DNA from: Psammoneis japonica
Taxonomy: Eukaryota
Assembly: GCA_008632985.1 (NCBI GenBank)
Contig: QPGO01000003.1
Location: forward strand, 372,001-436,000
Length of the DNA stretch: 64,000 nucleotides
Direction: 5' to 3'
Below are positions 57,391 to 64,000 of the stretch, in pieces. The position numbers and the translations under genes were made by a program. Each line of letters begins with the position of its first letter. Position 1 is the first letter of the stretch. The notes below the pieces were generated by a model. The model searched no databases. It worked only from the letters and a program-made list of their open reading frames with translations, and had not been told where the DNA came from.

Positions 57391-57552
57391 AGTGGCCTAT
57401 CTTTCAACTTGTGCTAGCTAGGACGTAGAACTGGAGAAGCGGTGTAAGTCGAGAATTCCTATTTTTGGCTTTTAATCTGTGACAGGTAAAAGTTCCAATA
57501 TTTCAGAGGTATTTTCCCGTCAAATCAAGCGTTTAACATTTTTCCCGTCAAA

Positions 57553-60500
57553 TCAGCGTTTACCACCCTTTTTCGTCCAGAACATGTTCGGGTTCAGTTT
57601 CTTCTTTTGCTGTGTCTGGTGCTTCTTATCCTTCTGAGGCGGCGGCATCTTCTTCTCGGCCTTCGTCCCCCGTACAAACATTACTCGTTTCCTTGGTTCT
57701 CTGCGCGGGGGCTTCGTGTTGTGTTCAGAGGGGGGTTTTCTTTTGATGCTCGATTTTAGAGGGGGGCTAGCGGGCACGGCAGTGGCCAAATTGCGCCTTT
57801 GGACTTGCGCCAATTGTTCCTGAAGAGCCGCAACTTCACGTCGAAGTGCATCTGCATCGTCTGCTTCCTTCGCGGCGTTAATGGCTCCTTTTTCTCCTTC
57901 CGTTTCTTTCGAACCAACGTCAAACTGTGCCTCTATCTCCGACACTTCCTCACGCAGCACATCCACGGCTGCATCTTTTAGTCCGCGACGGCCTTGCCTT
58001 GCTGCCTCCCTTCTCAAACCACCAGTATCTTCTGCTTCCTTCGCGGCGTTAATGACTCCTTTTTCTTCTTCTGTTTCTTTCGAACCAACGTCAAACTGTG
58101 CCTTTATCTCCGACACTTCCTCACGCAGTACATCCACGTCTGCATATTTTAGACCGCGACGGCCTTGCCCTGCTGCCTCCCTTCGCAAATCAGCAACTTC
58201 TTGTCGAAGCGAAGCCGTTGCAAGAGCTTCTTGATAGTAATTCCTCTGCTGCACCATTTGTTGCTGCAAATCATTCAGTTCGGCACGCAAGCTGGCAATT
58301 CCGTCGTTATCACCGGATTGAGACAGTCCGCTTTTCACCGTATTCAAGCGAATCAGCTGTTCCATCATTGCCTCCATGCGGGCCAAACGAGCATCAACGT
58401 CAGGATCCGCAGACTCTTCCTCGTCCTCCTCCTCGTTAACCTCCGTAGGCGGTTCATCGTTGCGTTCAAAAGGTACTATTGCGCGACTTTCCGAAACCTC
58501 ACTCTTCGCAGAAATGAAAAACTCGTCATAACTGTCGCTTGGCCTGGGTTGTTCCTCTCTTTGTTCTGGGGGAGTGAGCCTAGATTCAAGTTGCGAAACG
58601 AGGAGACGGTCTTGTTTAGCCTCGACGGCATCGTCCTCATCATCAAGAGGTGCTTCGTCTCTTCGCAGGGGCGAGTGACTCCTCGAAGGCAACTGGTGAG
58701 AATTTGATGCCGGAATATCATCATGGCCAACGCTACACGTGCTGGCTTCATCGCGTTCACTCTCTTCCTCCTCGCTGACACTATCGAGCCGTTGCAATGT
58801 AGAACGACTTTTAGCTGACATTGGTGACATAAAGCCAAGACTCTCGTCATCAGCATTATCCTGCAATGCGATCGGAAGAGACGTTCGAGCCGAATCAAAC
58901 ACGCTGATGCTTCCAGAACCTTCTCCCCGGATCGCTGTCGAATGCTTTGCATTCGAATCAAATAAGTTTGCAGAATGAAACACATCGTCTTCGCCTGAGG
59001 CCTCCTTAGTCAAGGCACGATCGGCATCAACTGTTTCCGCGTGTTCCTTTATCAGCTCGCAAGCTTGTTTGTAGCTAATATTCCCTCGTTTCAGCTGTCG
59101 GAAAATGTCCAGGACAACTTCATCTATAGGAGATAAATTCGACGGTAATGGCGGTGGGTCGAGCGCAACAAAGGTTGCTCGAGCACGGGCTTCAACTAGC
59201 CAGGTAGGGCCGCCCTCTTGCGAGGAAATCTCCAACTCGTCTGAGAATAACCATGATGACCTTGTCGCTAACAAGGTTGACTGCCGCGAATTTAGCGGGA
59301 CGTCCATGCTTCTCTTGAAGAGCGCGGAGGACATCCACGGCACGGTTTCGAGCGCGTCAGACAATTCCCTTTCTTTCCTCAACCCCCCCCTCCTTTTCTC
59401 AGACGTGTCTCTTGCCTCAAAAACCATTTCTCCAAATGTTGTATAACCACTTTTGCTTCCATCTTTATTAAGGCCTTTTGCCCAAATCACCGATTCAAGA
59501 TTACCACATATACAACTTATCGCATTGTGCATCCGTGTCAAAGATTTACGATGATGAAATTCCCCGAGGACTCGGAACCAGGCGAGCACTTCGCCCTTTT
59601 GTGACTGAGCAGAACCGTGAAGGTGCATTTCCTGTGGATTCGTTCCCTGCTGTTCGGGGTCAGAAATACTCTCCCACACACGGCTTGGGCGTGTTCCAAG
59701 GTGTGAGCCTTCATCTCCGCTTTCAAACAGCAATGCGTTGGATTGGTCAAGGCGCAACGGCGTTGCAATTACCGATGGCGATTCATCTGCGTCTTCTTTC
59801 TTCCCCTTTAGAGGAGTCGAAACGGTATTCCTCTCTCTCCTTATGATTGTCAATGCCACGCCGTTATGGCCTTCGTCTTCCACCGATGAAGATATAACAG
59901 CTTCTGTATTCAGGCGAACTTGCCATCGTAGAGACGGCAACAGGTTACCATGATGGTCTCTCTTCACTCGAATGAGAATGACACGATACGTGGTTGCAAT
60001 TACGTGCGTTACGACCCCCGGTTCCATCTGAAGTACTTCCGACGCGATGTGAACTTCCCTTTCAAGAAATTTGCCCTTTTTTGCTTTGACTGGATACCTC
60101 TTAAGCAGATGTATGCTCCTGGCTGTGACCAAGTCGAACGGCATCAACACGTTCTTCAGCCCAAAAACATATGGAAGTCGGAGCTTCCGAGCAGGACGAT
60201 AGCGTTTCTCCATAACGTTGACACTCTTGGCAACGTCGTGTATGGACCCGGTGAAATGAGCAAGCGCATCGAGTACACCGACGAGGGGCTTTATGACAAT
60301 GCCTATAGCGCCAACACCTAGTCCCTGAGCAAAGCCAACAGCCCCGCCATCAACTGCGCCCTTGTAAGGCGAAACGAAAATTCCTGAAGTTCCCGATATA
60401 ATTCCAAGCACAACATCTTCGATTGGCTTCGTTACCATCCTCTTCGCACTGTTTGATCCCTTTTTCTTCCATCTCCTATTCAAGTTCTTAGCCTGCGAAA

Positions 60501-63500
60501 CAACCATGTCATTGTGCCACTGTCTGTATGCATCGTCACAGGATAAAACTGCCGCTGCCTGGCCAGCCGTGGCACTTACTTTCGACGCAAAACCAAACAG
60601 TCCACTGGCACTATGGGAAAAGAGCGACAGCGTTCCTTTCGCGCATCCTATTCCCACACGTGATGGGTTTTTCGGATTTCGGAAAAATTCCTTTGAAGGC
60701 GCCACAACGAAGTCACGCACCCCTGTGACCAGGGAAGAAAGTAGCATCGACGGATTACCAACGAAGTCCACGGAACCCATGATCTTGTATATTTGCCGTA
60801 AAGTTTCATTGACATAATAGTTCTGAATACTTGCGAAGATTTCACCGGGGCTCTCAAAGACATGTTCAATAAGTTTTCCTTGTAGCCTAACACGTGCATC
60901 GGATACAGACGGGAAAACGGAGGCGATAATGTGTGGAAGGTTGCGGGAGGCAGCAGCTATTTTCGACGCACCAGAATAAAACAGCACGGCGACGATGAGT
61001 GAGACAGCGCCAACATTTGTTCGTGAGATTTGTAAAAGTCAATTTCGCTTACCGCTGTCTTCATTTTCAGTCCAAATCTCTTCGTCGTGAGTATTTTCGC
61101 ACCATAACGCGAAGATTTCTGAACGGCCCAAACTGGCCTGTTTGGATTGTCCAAACGCCATGCCCCCTAGAGTGAGATTAATCTCATGCTGAGGGAGGCC
61201 ACTGAACATGTCTTTGAAATCGTCTCTCACTACCCATCCACCACGATCCGTAACCTCGTAGACACCCTTCTTTCCTCCTTTCATGTAGGTCAGGTTGAAT
61301 TTGACAACCCCAAGCAGCAACTGTTCTACGTAGACTTTCTTTTCCGCCGGATTCGAATCAGAGTAGTCGGCTTGGAGGTGTTGACTCAATGTCTCGGCAA
61401 GACTGGTAGCGTCTGACTTCCCGTCGGTGGCATCGGTGATGGCTGTGGAATGAAACTGAGTGCTTGAGGGGGAGAACGGCTTACGAGTCACATTATCGCT
61501 TGTCGTATTCTTTCGTCTCACGTCGCGCCTCCTGACAACGCTTATGAAAAATTCCCACAAATCAAACATCCAAGACTCCTCAACAGTAAGATCCATTTCT
61601 TGTAGAGCCAAACCAATGTACTGGTAAGAGTCGACATTGCTTTTTGAACGAGGGTTGTCTTTTACAGTAATGAACTGCACTGTCGGTTGCGGGTGGGCTA
61701 CTGGTGTAGGTGCCAAAACGACTGGTTCTCTTGCATTATCGTCTTGATGATCCACTTGTACCCAGCCAACAGCTAGCGTCGTACGCGTCTTTGCTTTCGT
61801 GACAGAGTATCGTACATCGACATCGGAGAGTGAAACAGAGAGAAGCTCGATGGCACGCTGTGAATCGATAAGGGCTGTAGAGATGCGCCCAATATCTGCA
61901 TTGAAGTACGTTTGGGTGATGAGGGATGGCGTACCTGCCGGGCTTTTACCCTCAACAGGAACTCCAGGGGGTGAGCCGGCACGGTCGCCAAGATCAGAAA
62001 TTTCACTGTCAGGCTGCCAAATTAGTGCGAGCTTAATACAAGGTGTGAAGTACTGGCTGAACATACTATCACGGACTTTCTCGCTTTCTGTTGGACGGGA
62101 GCTCAGGCCTAAATCACCTTCAACTGGAGCAGTGTCTTTCGGATTCATCAGAGGGAACCAACGAACGTAAAAGGGGGACGACGGCGCAGGTATCTCGTCC
62201 TTGCGCTCTTCGTAGTCGTACAAGGACTCGATACAGCAACTGATAGCCGCTCCGAGTGGAAGATGAAGGACGCCAATCTCAGCCTTTGAGTTGATTCGTT
62301 CACCAACCACAGAAATGCGAATCGTCCCGCTAGTTTGTAGAGGCTCTATGTGAATTGGTAAATCATTGTCGTCAAACTTGAACTCATCCAGACTCGCAGA
62401 TCCGAAATCGTATTCTTCGGGAATCAGCCGACGCCGCAACTTTCGATGCATTCGATCCTCTGGTCGAGGAGTAAGCGGGATGTCTTCATCGAATGCCCAC
62501 GTTGGAGTTACTTTGGCATCCGCTGATCGACTTGTGAGGACTTCTGTTCCGTATCGAACTTTCACAGACATGCCCGTGAAATCTTCCGACAGGTTCAATG
62601 CGGTTATCGGTCTAATTGTCAGCCAACCCCCCGGGTTGAGTATCGACTTCAAAGATATCTTGCACGCTTTTTCAAAAGAGTTACGAGATTCAATGATATC
62701 TTCTGCCCTAGAACGCGCCCTCGACACCATTGAAGCAGGAGCAAAATTAGGAATACTCAACCTGTTGAGGAGCTCGCTGTTTGCAGGAGATGTGTCTCGA
62801 TCAGCCGTACTAGTATCGATCCAGTTTACCGCGGCCGGAACAGTTTCTGTACTCGAATTGCTATTACTGTCCGTCGACAGCGACAGCAACGACGAAAGAT
62901 CTTCGTCGTTTACTATAGCTTGGGCAGTGATCCAAGACTTAAGATCGCCAAGCCAAAACGTAGCTCGCAGATTTGACCTCGGACGAAAGTCGCTCGATGA
63001 CTTATCAGGCGGGAGGAGTGTTTCGCGAAAGTGGTAGGCTAGATGCCTACGGTGGAAGGAGGAACTTCCCGTGTGGAACAACATTCCTTGCTTCACAAGT
63101 GTATCCACATCAAGAATACGTTGTGCTTCCTCTTCCTCTTCTGTGGTGACTTCCTGACCGTCACTTCCAACGCCAACCAGGATATCTGTCGGTAGTTCCA
63201 ATAAGACATTGCTTGCACCTGACTGTCCGCGTCGTCTTCTGAACATGAACGGACGCAACTCGTTACTTTCCTGGCTAGAACGCATGTCATTGAGACTCGC
63301 AGAACGAACGCGGGTGCCGTCACCAGTAGTAGTCTCCGCATCCGCGCCCAGAAAAGAATCCCACGGACTAATTGCATTCAAGCGACTAAATGAAAGGCTG
63401 CGGATACTACTGACCGCGGCTTCGATGTCCAAGTCTAACGAATCAGACTGGCCTTGAAGCGGCGGTGAAGACCGCCTTTCGTTAAACGCATCAATATCGG

Positions 63501-64000
63501 CGACTTCTAGGGACTTTTCACTTCCTGAGGTTGATGCCATTCGATCATCTGATTCTTCACTAGGCGCTTCATCGACCTTTTCCAAAGACGTCTCCATCGG
63601 ATGTTCTTGTTTTCCGTAGCTGAGCCTTCTATTCCGTTTACTCTCCTTCGTCTGGGCGTGCATCCACCACATATATTTTGCATTTGCTACTTTCAATAAC
63701 TGTCGTTCAGGTGTGTGAGCCAATTTATCCCTCGCACTCACGTCATCAACTAAATTGACATCTTTCGATATTTTCAAACTCTGCCGGAGCTTCTTCCACG
63801 TAGCCCGGCGTGCAACATCGTCGTCTTCTTCAATTGCCGACTTCAACTTTGAACCTATCATGTTGGGGATGCGTACAACGCTAAACGGGTCTTGTAGACT
63901 TCTCTTTCTCTTGTCCGCCTCAATGGCATTCTCCAGCTGTCGCTCCATGCCAGCTCTGCTATTTCTTAACTCCGTGAGTCGTCTTTCCGAAAGCAATATA
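57553..64000 (-). CDS. VPS13: VPS13-family lipid-transfer protein, 3' part (5' end lies beyond the window); intron 61052-60957
   Basis: C2-like region, LAVGWVQVDHQ, LALQEMDLTVEE, VYVEQL, RQIYKIMGSVDFVGNP, AKGTLSLFSH and GIFVSPYKGA..GAVGFAQGLGVG.IG.V.KP (APT1/ATG2_C-type region), then a PH-like region. The GTAAGC...ATAG intron keeps the frame. Confidence 0.88.
57860..58185 (-). repeat. Coding 171-bp tandem repeat in the VPS13 C-terminal coiled coil
   Basis: ctgcttccttcgcggcgttaat at 57861 and 58032; LRREAA.QGRRGLK...DVLREEVSEI.AQFDVGSKETE x2. Confidence 0.9.

Larger units (their letters stand above)
41560..57395. other. TpA-depleted nested-TE block 4
   Basis: Contains copia, satellite and DIRS-like remnants. 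No TA was found by eye in 48428-53142. Confidence 0.88.

Noticed and set aside
41560..57395. Dozens of long overlapping Cys/His-rich ORFs in all six frames (also in blocks 1-3)
   Set aside because: They follow from the loss of TAA/TAG stops and Tyr codons. They are TE remnants or noise, not metal-binding proteins.
57512..57563. About 28-bp imperfect tandem duplication over the VPS13 stop
   Set aside because: It is real but looks like a simple slippage duplication with no evident consequence.
10640..58185. The same 171-bp period in the mucin and VPS13 coding repeats
   Set aside because: The sequences are unrelated, so this is treated as coincidence.

Overview
Eukaryotic genomic DNA, most likely a pennate diatom (ASAFAP-type plastid presequence, short GT-AG introns, Ser/Pro-rich secreted proteins with RxL sites, CoDi-like copia). 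Gene islands encode a plastid rhodanese, a long-chain acyl-CoA synthetase, two mucin-like PSxxPS proteins, an inverted pair of M12B metalloproteases flanking an HxxxD acyltransferase, an ECHDC1-like crotonase, a GH18 chitinase, a multidomain S8 protease, two orphan proteins and the 3' part of a VPS13 gene. They alternate with four sharply bounded blocks (about 1.1-5.75, 21.8-26.45, 36.95-38.1 and 41.55-57.4 kb); the first and last contain recognisable decayed LINE, copia and DIRS-like elements. The most striking signal is that these blocks have lost almost every TpA dinucleotide: I found none by eye in about 4.7 kb at 48428-53142. Conserved Tyr codons read Cys/His, and CpG is also depleted. 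This looks like a repeat-targeted TpA->TpG/CpA hypermutation running opposite to fungal RIP; a base-calling artefact must be excluded. Short TAG/CTA-saturated islands show the mirror composition. All counts and alignments were done by eye.
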